Shown: piece by piece, positions 1-13,000 of the stretch
Position numbering within the stretch: position 1 is the first letter of the stretch
Layout of the letters: every line of letters starts with the position of its first letter
Assembly: GCA_964057225.1 (NCBI GenBank)
Contig: CAXKVF010000073.1
Span: 496,001 to 560,000, forward strand
Length of the DNA: 64,000 bases
Reading direction: 5' to 3'
DNA from: Auanema rhodensis
Taxonomy: Eukaryota > Animalia > Nematoda
The notes under the pieces: generated by a model
Databases searched by the model: none
What the model was told of the DNA's origin: nothing
The model's input: only the letters and a program-made list of their open reading frames with translations
Made by a program: the position numbers and the translations under genes

Positions 1-7
1 ATACCAA

Positions 8-25
8 GTGCACATCACGTGTACA
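8..25. other. Cluster of three 6-bp palindromes GTGCAC, CACGTG (E-box) and TGTACA per monomer
   Basis: Read directly at 8-13, 16-21 and 20-25. ATCACGTG (14-21) fits the bHLH Cbf1/USF-type site RTCACRTG. Confidence 0.85.
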
Positions 26-64
26 ATTAATTAGCATAAATTAAAGTTTACGTAAATTTCAAAG

Positions 65-79
65 TCATGGTTACCATGA
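65..79. other. 15-bp dyad TCATGGT-T-ACCATGA (13 bp in 79C monomers), present in most monomers
   Basis: Perfect 7-bp inverted arms flank one central base; the dyad contains a BstEII site (GGTTACC). Confidence 0.9.
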
Positions 80-156
80 ACCAATATCAATAAAAATTTG
101 TTTCTAGACTAATATGGACATGTGGAATCTAATTTTGAAAACCGCATCTCTTTATC

Positions 157-173
157 TTTCACGTGAAGCGAGT
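157..173 (+). other. CENP-B-box-like 17-mer overlapping palindrome TTCACGTGAA (one per monomer; first copy given)
   Basis: TTTCACGTGAAGCGAGT versus YTTCGTTGGAARCGGGA matches 11/17 overall and 7/9 of the essential nTTCGnnnnAnnCGGGn positions. Function is unproven. Confidence 0.35.
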
Positions 174-1936
174 TACATACCAAGTGCACATCACGTGTAC
201 ATTTAATTAGCATAAATTAAAGTTCACGTAAATTTCAAAGTCATGGTTACCATGCACCAATATCAATAAAAATTTGTTTTTAGACTAATATGGACATGGG
301 GAATCTAATTTTGACAACCGCAACTCTTTATCTTTCACGTGAAGCGAGTTACATACCAAGTGCACATCACGTGTACATTTAATTAGCATAAATTAAAGTT
401 CACGTAAATTTCAAAGTCATGGTTACCATGAACCAATATCAATGAAAATTTGTTTTTAGACTAATATGGACATGGGGAATCTGATTTTGAAAACCGCATC
501 TCTTTATCTTTCACGTGAAGCGAGTTACATACCAAGTGCACATCACGTGTACATTTAATTAGCATAAATTAAAGTTCACGTAAATTTCAAAGTCATGGTT
601 ACCATGAACCAATATCAATGAAAATTTGTTTTTAGACTAATATGGACATGGGGAATCTGATTTTGAAAACCGCATCTCTTTATCTTTCACGTGAAGCGAG
701 TTACATACCAAGTGCACATCACGTGTACATTTAATTAGCATAAATTAAAGTTCACGTAAATTTCAAAGTCATGGTTACCATGAACCAATATCAATGAAAA
801 TTTGTTTTTAGACTAATATGGACATGGGGAATCTGATTTTGAAAACCGCATCTCTTTATCTTTCACGTGAAGCGAGTTACATACGAAGTGCACATCACGT
901 GTACATTTAATTAGCATAAATTAAAGTTCACGTAAATTTCAAAGTCATGGTTACCATGAACCAATATCAATGAAAATTTGTTTTTAGACTAATATGGACA
1001 TGGGGAATCTGATTTTGAAAACCGCATCTCTTTATCTTTCACGTGAAGCGAGTTACATACCAAGTGCACATCACGTGTACATTTAATTAGCATAAATTAA
1101 AGTTCACGTAAATTTCAAAGTCATGGTTACCATGAACCAATATCAATGAAAATTTGTTTTTAGACTAATATGGACATGGGGAATCTGATTTTGAAAACCG
1201 CATCTCTTTATCTTTCACGTGAAGCGAGTTACATACCAAGTGCACATCACGTGTACATTTAATTAGCATAAATTAAAGTTCACGTAAATTTCAAAGTCAT
1301 GGTTACCATGAACCAATATCAATGAAAATTTGTTTTTAGACTAATATGGACATGGGGAATCTGATTTTGAAAACCGCATCTCTTTATCTTTCACGTGAAG
1401 CGAGTTACATACGAAGTGCACATCACGTGTACATTTAATTAGCATAAATTAAAGTTCACGTAAATTTCAAAGTCATGGTTACCATGAACCAATATCAATG
1501 AAAATTTGTTTTTAGACTAATATGGACATGGGGAATCTGATTTTGAAAACCGCATCTCTTTATCTTTCACGTGAAGCGAGTTACATACCAAGTGCACATC
1601 ACGTGTACATTTAATTAGCATAAATTAAAGTTCACGTAAATTTCAAAGTCATGGTTACCATGCACCAATATCAATAAAAATTTGTTTTTAGACTAATATG
1701 GACATGGGGAATCTAATTTTGAAAACCGCATCTTTTTATCTTTCACGTGAAGCGAGTTACATACCAAGTGCACATCACGTGTACAATTAATTAGCATAAA
1801 TTAAAGTTTACGTAAATTTCAAAGTCATGGTTACCATGAACCAATATCAATAAAAATTTGTTTCTAGACTAATATGGACATGTGGAATCTAATTTTGAAA
1901 ACCGCATCTCTTTATCTTTCACGTGAAGCGAGTTAC

Positions 1937-4900
1937 ATACCAAGTGCACATCACGTGTACAATTAATTAGCATAAATTAAAGTTTACGTAAATTTCAAAG
2001 TCATGGTTACCATGAACCAATATCAATAAAAATTTGTTTCTAGACTAATATGGACATGTGGAATCTAATTTTGAAAACCGCATCTCTTTATCTTTCACGT
2101 GAAGCGAGTTACATACCAAGTGCACATCACGTGTACATTTAATTAGCATAAATTAAAGTTCACGTAAATTTCAAAGTCATGGTTACCATGCACCAATATC
2201 AATAAAAATTTGTTTTTAGACTAATATGGACATGGGGAATCTAATTTTGACAACCGCAACTCTTTATCTTTCACGTGAAGCGAGTTACATACCAAGTGCA
2301 CATCACGTGTACATTTAATTAGCATAAATTAAAGTTCACGTAAATTTCAAAGTCATGGTTACCATGAACCAATATCAATGAAAATTTGTTTTTAGACTAA
2401 TATGGACATGGGGAATCTGATTTTGAAAACCGCATCTCTTTATCTTTCACGTGAAGCGAGTTACATACCAAGTGCACATCACGTGTACATTTAATTAGCA
2501 TAAATTAAAGTTCACGTAAATTTCAAAGTCATGGTTACCATGAACCAATATCAATGAAAATTTGTTTTTAGACTAATATGGACATGGGGAATCTGATTTT
2601 GAAAACCGCATCTCTTTATCTTTCACGTGAAGCGAGTTACATACCAAGTGCACATCACGTGTACATTTAATTAGCATAAATTAAAGTTCACGTAAATTTC
2701 AAAGTCATGGTTACCATGAACCAATATCAATGAAAATTTGTTTTTAGACTAATATGGACATGGGGAATCTGATTTTGAAAACCGCATCTCTTTATCTTTC
2801 ACGTGAAGCGAGTTACATACGAAGTGCACATCACGTGTACATTTAATTAGCATAAATTAAAGTTCACGTAAATTTCAAAGTCATGGTTACCATGAACCAA
2901 TATCAATGAAAATTTGTTTTTAGACTAATATGGACATGGGGAATCTGATTTTGAAAACCGCATCTCTTTATCTTTCACGTGAAGCGAGTTACATACCAAG
3001 TGCACATCACGTGTACATTTAATTAGCATAAATTAAAGTTCACGTAAATTTCAAAGTCATGGTTACCATGCACCAATATCAATAAAAATTTGTTTTTAGA
3101 CTAATATGGACATGGGGAATCTAATTTTGAAAACCGCATCTTTTTATCTTTCACGTGAAGCGAGTTACATACCAAGTGCACATCACGTGTACAATTAATT
3201 AGCATAAATTAAAGTTCACGTAAATTTCAAAGTCATGGTTACCATGCACCAATATCAATAAAAATTTGTTTTTAGACTAATATGGTCATGGGGAATCTAA
3301 TTTTGAAAACCGCATCTTTTTATCTTTCACGTGAAGCGAGTTACATACCAAGTGCACATCACGTGTACAATTAATTAGCATAAATTAAAGTTTACGTAAA
3401 TTTCAAAGTCATGGTTACCATGAACCAATATCAATAAAAATTTGTTTCTAGACTAATATGGACATGTGGAATCTAATTTTGAAAACCGCATCTCTTTATC
3501 TTTCACGTGAAGCGAGTTACATACCAAGTGCACATCACGTGTACATTTAATTAGCATAAATTAAAGTTCACGTAAATTTCAAAGTCATGGTTACCATGCA
3601 CCAATATCAATAAAAATTTGTTTTTAGACTAATATGGACATGGGGAATCTAATTTTGACAACCGCAACTCTTTATCTTTCACGTGAAGCGAGTTACATAC
3701 CAAGTGCACATCACGTGTACATTTAATTAGCATAAATTAAAGTTCACGTAAATTTCAAAGTCATGGTTACCATGCACCAATATCAATAAAAATTTGTTTT
3801 TAGACTAATATGGACATGGGGAATCTAATTTTGAAAACCGCATCTTTTTATCTTTCACGTGAAGCGAGTTACATACCAAGTGCACATCACGTGTACAATT
3901 AATTAGCATAAATTAAAGTTCACGTAAATTTCAAAGTCATGGTTACCATGCACCAATATCAATAAAAATTTGTTTTTAGACTAATATGGACATGGGGAAT
4001 CTAATTTTGAAAACCGCATCTTTTTATCTTTCACGTGAAGCGAGTTACATACCAAGTGCACATCACGTGTACAATTAATTAGCATAAATTAAAGTTTACG
4101 TAAATTTCAAAGTCATGGTTACCATGAACCAATATCAATAAAAATTTGTTTCTAGACTAATATGGACATGTGGAATCTAATTTTGAAAACCGCATCTCTT
4201 TATCTTTCACGTGAAGCGAGTTACATACCAAGTGCACATCACGTGTACATTTAATTAGCATAAATTAAAGTTCACGTAAATTTCAAAGTCATGGTTACCA
4301 TGCACCAATATCAATAAAAATTTGTTTTTAGACTAATATGGACATGGGGAATCTAATTTTGACAACCGCAACTCTTTATCTTTCACGTGAAGCGAGTTAC
4401 ATACCAAGTGCACATCACGTGTACATTTAATTAGCATAAATTAAAGTTCACGTAAATTTCAAAGTCATGGTTACCATGAACCAATATCAATGAAAATTTG
4501 TTTTCAGACTAATATGGACATGGGGAATCTGATTTTGAAAACCGCATCTCTTTATCTTTCACGTGAAGCGAGTTACATACCAAGTGCACATCACGTGTAC
4601 ATTTAATTAGCATAAATTAAAGTTCACGTAAATTTCAAAGTCATGGTTACCATGAACCAATATCAATGAAAATTTGTTTTTAGACTAATATGGACATGGG
4701 GAATCTGATTTTGAAAACCGCATCTCTTTATCTTTCACGTGAAGCGAGTTACATACCAAGTGCACATCACGTGTACATTTAATTAGCATAAATTAAAGTT
4801 CACGTAAATTTCAAAGTCATGGTTACCATGAACCAATATCAATGAAAATTTGTTTTTAGACTAATATGGACATGGGGAATCTGATTTTGAAAACCGCATC

Positions 4901-7900
4901 TCTTTATCTTTCACGTGAAGCGAGTTACATACGAAGTGCACATCACGTGTACATTTAATTAGCATAAATTAAAGTTCACGTAAATTTCAAAGTCATGGTT
5001 ACCATGAACCAATATCAATGAAAATTTGTTTTTAGACTAATATGGACATGGGGAATCTGATTTTGAAAACCGCATCTCTTTATCTTTCACGTGAAGCGAG
5101 TTACATACCAAGTGCACATCACGTGTACATTTAATTAGCATAAATTAAAGTTCACGTAAATTTCAAAGTCATGGTTACCATGCACCAATATCAATAAAAA
5201 TTTGTTTTTAGACTAATATGGACATGGGGAATCTAATTTTGAAAACCGCATCTTTTTATCTTTCACGTGAAGCGAGTTACATACCAAGTGCACATCACGT
5301 GTACAATTAATTAGCATAAATTAAAGTTCACGTAAATTTCAAAGTCATGGTTACCATGCACCAATATCAATAAAAATTTGTTTTTAGACTAATATGGTCA
5401 TGGGGAATCTAATTTTGAAAACCGCATCTTTTTATCTTTCACGTGAAGCGAGTTACATACCAAGTGCACATCACGTGTACAATTAATTAGCATAAATTAA
5501 AGTTCACGTAAATTTCAAAGTCATGGTTACCATGAACCAATATCAATAAAAATTTGTTTTTAGACTAATATGGACATGTGGAATCTAATTTTGAAAACCG
5601 CATCTCTTTATCTTTCACGTGAAGCGAGTTACATACCAAGTGCACATCACGTGTACATTTAATTAGCATAAATTAAAGTTCACGTAAATTTCAAAGTCAT
5701 GGTTACCATGCACCAATATCAATAAAAATTTGTTTTTAGACTAATATGGACATGGGGAATCTAATTTTGACAACCGCAACTCTTTATCTTTCACGTGAAG
5801 CGAGTTACATACCAAGTGCACATCACGTGTACATTTAATTAGCATAAATTAAAGTTCACGTAAATTTCAAAGTCATGGTTACCATGAACCAATATCAATG
5901 AAAATTTGTTTTTAGACTAACATGGACATGGGGAATCTGATTTTGAAAACCGCATCTCTTTATCTTTCACGTGAAGCGAGTTACATACCAAGTGCACATC
6001 ACGTGTACAATTAATTAGCATAAATTAAAGTTTACGTAAATTTCAAAGTCATGGTTACCATGAACCAATATCAATAAAAATTTGTTTCTAGACTAATATG
6101 GACATGTGGAATCTAATTTTGAAAACCGCATCTCTTTATCTTTCACGTGAAGCGAGTTACATACCAAGTGCACATCACGTGTACATTTAATTAGCATAAA
6201 TTAAAGTTCACGTAAATTTCAAAGTCATGGTTACCATGCACCAATATCAATAAAAATTTGTTTTTAGACTAATATGGACATGGGGAATCTAATTTTGACA
6301 ACCGCAACTCTTTATCTTTCACGTGAAGCGAGTTACATACCAAGTGCACATCACGTGTACATTTAATTAGCATAAATTAAAGTTCACGTAAATTTCAAAG
6401 TCATGGTTACCATGAACCAATATCAATGAAAATTTGTTTTTAGACTAATATGGACATGGGGAATCTGATTTTGAAAACCGCATCTCTTTATCTTTCACGT
6501 GAAGCGAGTTACATACCAAGTGCACATCACGTGTACATTTAATTAGCATAAATTAAAGTTCACGTAAATTTCAAAGTCATGGTTACCATGAACCAATATC
6601 AATGAAAATTTGTTTGTAGACTAATATGGACATGGGGAATCTGATTTTGAAAACCGCATCTCTTTATCTTTCACGTGAAGCGAGTTACATACCAAGTGCA
6701 CATCACGTGTACATTTAATTAGCATAAATTAAAGTTCACGTAAATTTCAAAGTCATGGTTACCATGAACCAATATCAATGAAAATTTGTTTTTAGACTAA
6801 TATGGACATGGGGAATCTGATTTTGAAAACCGCATCTCTTTATCTTTCACGTGAAGCGAGTTACATACGAAGTGCACATCACGTGTACATTTAATTAGCA
6901 TAAATTAAAGTTCACGTAAATTTCAAAGTCATGGTTACCATGAACCAATATCAATGAAAATTTGTTTTTAGACTAATATGGACATGGGGAATCTGATTTT
7001 GAAAACCGCATCTCTTTATCTTTCACGTGAAGCGAGTTACATACCAAGTGCACATCACGTGTACATTTAATTAGCATAAATTAAAGTTCACGTAAATTTC
7101 AAAGTCATGGTTACCATGCACCAATATCAATAAAAATTTGTTTTTAGACTAATATGGACATGGGGAATCTAATTTTGAAAACCGCATCTTTTTATCTTTC
7201 ACGTGAAGCGAGTTACATACCAAGTGCACATCACGTGTACAATTAATTAGCATAAATTAAAGTTCACGTAAATTTCAAAGTCATGGTTACCATGCACCAA
7301 TATCAATAAAAATTTGTTTTTAGACTAATATGGTCATGGGGAATCTAATTTTGAAAACCGCATCTTTTTATCTTTCACGTGAAGCGAGTTACATACCAAG
7401 TGCACATCACGTGTACAATTAATTAGCATAAATTAAAGTTTACGTAAATTTCAAAGTCATGGTTACCATGAACCAATATCAATAAAAATTTGTTTCTAGA
7501 CTAATATGGACATGTGGAATCTAATTTTGAAAACCGCATCTCTTTATCTTTCACGTGAAGCGAGTTACATACCAAGTGCACATCACGTGTACATTTAATT
7601 AGCATAAATTAAAGTTCACGTAAATTTCAAAGTCATGGTTACCATGCACCAATATCAATAAAAATTTGTTTTTAGACTAATATGGACATGGGGAATCTAA
7701 TTTTGACAACCGCAACTCTTTATCTTTCACGTGAAGCGAGTTACATACCAAGTGCACATCACGTGTACATTTAATTAGCATAAATTAAAGTTCACGTAAA
7801 TTTCAAAGTCATGGTTACCATGCACCAATATCAATAAAAATTTGTTTTTAGACTAATATGGACATGGGGAATCTAATTTTGAAAACCGCATCTTTTTATC

Positions 7901-10032
7901 TTTCACGTGAAGCGAGTTACATACCAAGTGCACATCACGTGTACAATTAATTAGCATAAATTAAAGTTCACGTAAATTTCAAAGTCATGGTTACCATGCA
8001 CCAATATCAATAAAAATTTGTTTTTAGACTAATATGGACATGGGGAATCTAATTTTGAAAACCGCATCTTTTTATCTTTCACGTGAAGCGAGTTACATAC
8101 CAAGTGCACATCACGTGTACAATTAATTAGCATAAATTAAAGTTTACGTAAATTTCAAAGTCATGGTTACCATGAACCAATATCAATAAAAATTTGTTTC
8201 TAGACTAATATGGACATGTGGAATCTAATTTTGAAAACCGCATCTCTTTATCTTTCACGTGAAGCGAGTTACATACCAAGTGCACATCACGTGTACATTT
8301 AATTAGCATAAATTAAAGTTCACGTAAATTTCAAAGTCATGGTTACCATGCACCAATATCAATAAAAATTTGTTTTTAGACTAATATGGACATGGGGAAT
8401 CTAATTTTGACAACCGCAACTCTTTATCTTTCACGTGAAGCGAGTTACATACCAAGTGCACATCACGTGTACATTTAATTAGCATAAATTAAAGTTCACG
8501 TAAATTTCAAAGTCATGGTTACCATGAACCAATATCAATGAAAATTTGTTTTTAGACTAATATGGACATGGGGAATCTGATTTTGAAAACCGCATCTCTT
8601 TATCTTTCACGTGAAGCGAGTTACATACCAAGTGCACATCACGTGTACATTTAATTAGCATAAATTAAAGTTCACGTAAATTTCAAAGTCATGGTTACCA
8701 TGAACCAATATCAATGAAAATTTGTTTTTAGACTAATATGGACATGGGGAATCTGATTTTGAAAACCGCATCTCTTTATCTTTCACGTGAAGCGAGTTAC
8801 ATACCAAGTGCACATCACGTGTACATTTAATTAGCATAAATTAAAGTTCACGTAAATTTCAAAGTCATGGTTACCATGAACCAATATCAATGAAAATTTG
8901 TTTTTAGACTAATATGGACATGGGGAATCTGATTTTGAAAACCGCATCTCTTTATCTTTCACGTGAAGCGAGTTACATACGAAGTGCACATCACGTGTAC
9001 ATTTAATTAGCATAAATTAAAGTTCACGTAAATTTCAAAGTCATGGTTACCATGAACCAATATCAATGAAAATTTGTTTTTAGACTAATATGGACATGGG
9101 GAATCTGATTTTGAAAACCGCATCTCTTTATCTTTCACGTGAAGCGAGTTACATACCAAGTGCACATCACGTGTACATTTAATTAGCATAAATTAAAGTT
9201 CACGTAAATTTCAAAGTCATGGTTACCATGCACCAATATCAATAAAAATTTGTTTTTAGACTAATATGGACATGGGGAATCTAATTTTGAAAACCGCATC
9301 TTTTTATCTTTCACGTGAAGCGAGTTACATACCAAGTGCACATCACGTGTACAATTAATTAGCATAAATTAAAGTTCACGTAAATTTCAAAGTCATGGTT
9401 ACCATGCACCAATATCAATAAAAATTTGTTTTTAGACTAATATGGTCATGGGGAATCTAATTTTGAAAACCGCATCTTTTTATCTTTCACGTGAAGCGAG
9501 TTACATACCAAGTGCACATCACGTGTACAATTAATTAGCATAAATTAAAGTTCACGTAAATTTCAAAGTCATGGTTACCATGAACCAATATCAATAAAAA
9601 TTTGTTTTTAGACTAATATGGACATGTGGAATCTAATTTTGAAAACCGCATCTCTTTATCTTTCACGTGAAGCGAGTTACATACCAAGTGCACATCACGT
9701 GTACATTTAATTAGCATAAATTAAAGTTCACGTAAATTTCAAAGTCATGGTTACCATGCACCAATATCAATAAAAATTTGTTTTTAGACTAATATGGACA
9801 TGGGGAATCTAATTTTGACAACCGCAACTCTTTATCTTTCACGTGAAGCGAGTTACATACCAAGTGCACATCACGTGTACATTTAATTAGCATAAATTAA
9901 AGTTCACGTAAATTTCAAAGTCATGGTTACCATGAACCAATATCAATGAAAATTTGTTTTTAGACTAACATGGACATGGGGAATCTGATTTTGAAAACCG
10001 CATCTCTTTATCTTTCACGTGAAGCGAGTTAC
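1937..10032. repeat. 23-mer HOR (4048 bp), two tandem copies; third copy at 14081-18128
   Basis: The order ABCCCC'DE-ABDF-ABCCCC'DE-GBH is the same in 1937-5984, 5985-10032 and 14081-18128. I saw only two private SNPs, at 4505 and 6616. Confidence 0.85.
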
Positions 10033-13000
10033 ATACCAAGTGCACATCACGTGTACATTTAATTAGCATAAATTAAAGTTCACGTAAATTTCAAAGTCAT
10101 GGTTACCATGAACCAATATCAATGAAAATTTGTTTTTAGACTAATATGGACATGGGGAATCTGATTTTGAAAACCGCATCTCTTTATCTTTCACGTGAAG
10201 CGAGTTACATACCAAGTGCACATCACGTGTACATTTAATTAGCATAAATTAAAGTTCACGTAAATTTCAAAGTCATGGTTACCATGCACCAATATCAATA
10301 AAAATTTGTTTTTAGACTAATATGGACATGGGGAATCTAATTTTGAAAACCGCATCTTTTTATCTTTCACGTGAAGCGAGTTACATACCAAGTGCACATC
10401 ACGTGTACAATTAATTAGCATAAATTAAAGTTCACGTAAATTTCAAAGTCATGGTTACCATGAACCAATATCTATAAAAATTTGTTTTTAGACTAATATG
10501 GACATGTGGAATCTAATTTTGAAAACCGCATCTCTTTATCTTTCACGTGAAGCGAGTTACATACCAAGTGCACATCACGTGTACATTTAATTAGCATAAA
10601 TTAAAGTTCACGTAAATTTCAAAGTCATGGTTACCATGCACCAATATCAATAAAAATTTGTTTTTAGACTAATATGGACATGGGGAATCTAATTTTGAAA
10701 ACCGCATCTTTTTATCTTTCACGTGAAGCGAGTTACATACCAAGTGCACATCACGTGTACATTTAATTAGCATAAATTAAAGTTCACGTAAATTTCAAAG
10801 TCATGGTTACCATGAACCAATATCAATAAAAATTTGTTTTTAGACTAATATGGACATGGGGAATCTTATTTTGAAAACCGCATCTTTTTATCTTTCACGT
10901 GAAGCGAGTTACATACCAAGTGCACATCACGTGTACAATTAATTAGCATAAATTAAAGTTCACGTAAATTTCAAAGTCATGGTTACCATGCACCAATATC
11001 AATAAAAATTTGTTTTTAGACTAATATGGACATGGGGAATCTAATTTTGAAAACCGCATCTTTTTATCTTTCACGTGAAGCGAGTTACATACCAAGTGCA
11101 CATCACGTGTACAATTAATTAGCATAAATTAAAGTTTACGTAAATTTCAAAGTCATGGTTACCATGAACCAATATCAATAAAAATTTGTTTCTAGACTAA
11201 TATGGACATGTGGAATCTAATTTTGAAAACCGCATCTCTTTATCTTTCACGTGAAGCGAGTTACATACCAAGTGCACATCACGTGTACATTTAATTAGCA
11301 TAAATTAAAGTTCACGTAAATTTCAAAGTCATGGTTACCATGCACCAATATCAATAAAAATTTGTTTTTAGACTAATATGGTCATGGGGAATCTAATTTT
11401 GAAAACCGCATCTTTTTATCTTTCACGTGAAGCGAGTTACATACCAAGTGCACATCACGTGTACAATTAATTAGCATAAATTAAAGTTCACGTAAATTTC
11501 AAAGTCATGGTTACCATGAACCAATATCAATAAAAATTTGTTTTTAGACTAATATGGACATGTGGAATCTAATTTTGAAAACCGCATCTCTTTATCTTTC
11601 ACGTGAAGCGAGTTACATACCAAGTGCACATCACGTGTACATTTAATTAGCATAAATTAAAGTTCACGTAAATTTCAAAGTCATGGTTACCATGCACCAA
11701 TATCAATAAAAATTTGTTTTTAGACTAATATGGACATGGGGAATCTAATTTTGAAAACCGCATCTTTTTATCTTTCACGTGAAGCGAGTTACATACCAAG
11801 TGCACATCACGTGTACAATTAATTAGCATAAATTAAAGTTTACGTAAATTTCAAAGTCATGGTTACCATGAACCAATATCAATAAAAATTTGTTTCTAGA
11901 CTAATATGGACATGTGGAATCTAATTTTGAAAACCGCATCTCTTTATCTTTCACGTGAAGCGAGTTACATACCAAGTGCACATCACGTGTACATTTAATT
12001 AGCATAAATTAAAGTTCACGTAAATTTCAAAGTCATGGTTACCATGCACCAATATCAATAAAAATTTGTTTTTAGACTAATATGGACATGGGGAATCTAA
12101 TTTTGACAACCGCAACTCTTTATCTTTCACGTGAAGCGAGTTACATACCAAGTGCACATCACGTGTACATTTAATTAGCATAAATTAAAGTTCACGTAAA
12201 TTTCAAAGTCATGGTTACCATGCACCAATATCAATAAAAATTTGTTTTTAGACTAATATGGACATGGGGAATCTAATTTTGAAAACCGCATCTTTTTATC
12301 TTTCACGTGAAGCGAGTTACATACCAAGTGCACATCACGTGTACAATTAATTAGCATAAATTAAAGTTCACGTAAATTTCAAAGTCATGGTTACCATGCA
12401 CCAATATCAATAAAAATTTGTTTTTAGACTAATATGGACATGGGGAATCTAATTTTGAAAACCGCATCTTTTTATCTTTCACGTGAAGCGAGTTACATAC
12501 CAAGTGCACATCACGTGTACAATTAATTAGCATAAATTAAAGTTTACGTAAATTTCAAAGTCATGGTTACCATGAACCAATATCAATAAAAATTTGTTTC
12601 TAGACTAATATGGACATGTGGAATCTAATTTTGAAAACCGCATCTCTTTATCTTTCACGTGAAGCGAGTTACATACCAAGTGCACATCACGTGTACATTT
12701 AATTAGCATAAATTAAAGTTCACGTAAATTTCAAAGTCATGGTTACCATGCACCAATATCAATAAAAATTTGTTTTTAGACTAATATGGACATGGGGAAT
12801 CTAATTTTGACAACCGCAACTCTTTATCTTTCACGTGAAGCGAGTTACATACCAAGTGCACATCACGTGTACATTTAATTAGCATAAATTAAAGTTCACG
12901 TAAATTTCAAAGTCATGGTTACCATGAACCAATATCAATGAAAATTTGTTTTTAGACTAATATGGACATGGGGAATCTGATTTTGAAAACCGCATCTCTT

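Noticed and set aside
81-94. CCAAT box and AATAAA poly(A) signal as a functional promoter or terminator
   Set aside because: These short motifs are expected in 68% AT DNA, have no associated gene, and are disrupted in several common variants (81G/A, 92G).
14-125. Budding-yeast point-centromere layout: CDEI-like ATCACGTG, 77-bp spacer, then TGTTTTT resembling the start of CDEIII
   Set aside because: The essential CDEIII CCG core (TTCCGAA) is missing at the required position, the spacer is ~77% AT rather than >90%, and point centromeres are not tandem arrays.
1-176. Identity with known similar-length satellites (Brassica CentBr 176 bp, Arabidopsis CEN178, primate alpha 171 bp, honeybee AluI 176 bp)
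   Set aside because: There is no HindIII AAGCTT or AluI AGCT site and no similarity I can recognise; length alone is not evidence. A BLASTN/Dfam search with the consensus is needed.
1-176. 5S rRNA, tRNA, snRNA or spliced-leader tandem gene unit
   Set aside because: I see no recognisable 5S or tRNA sequence or Pol III A/B/C boxes, and the low GC supports no stable fold.
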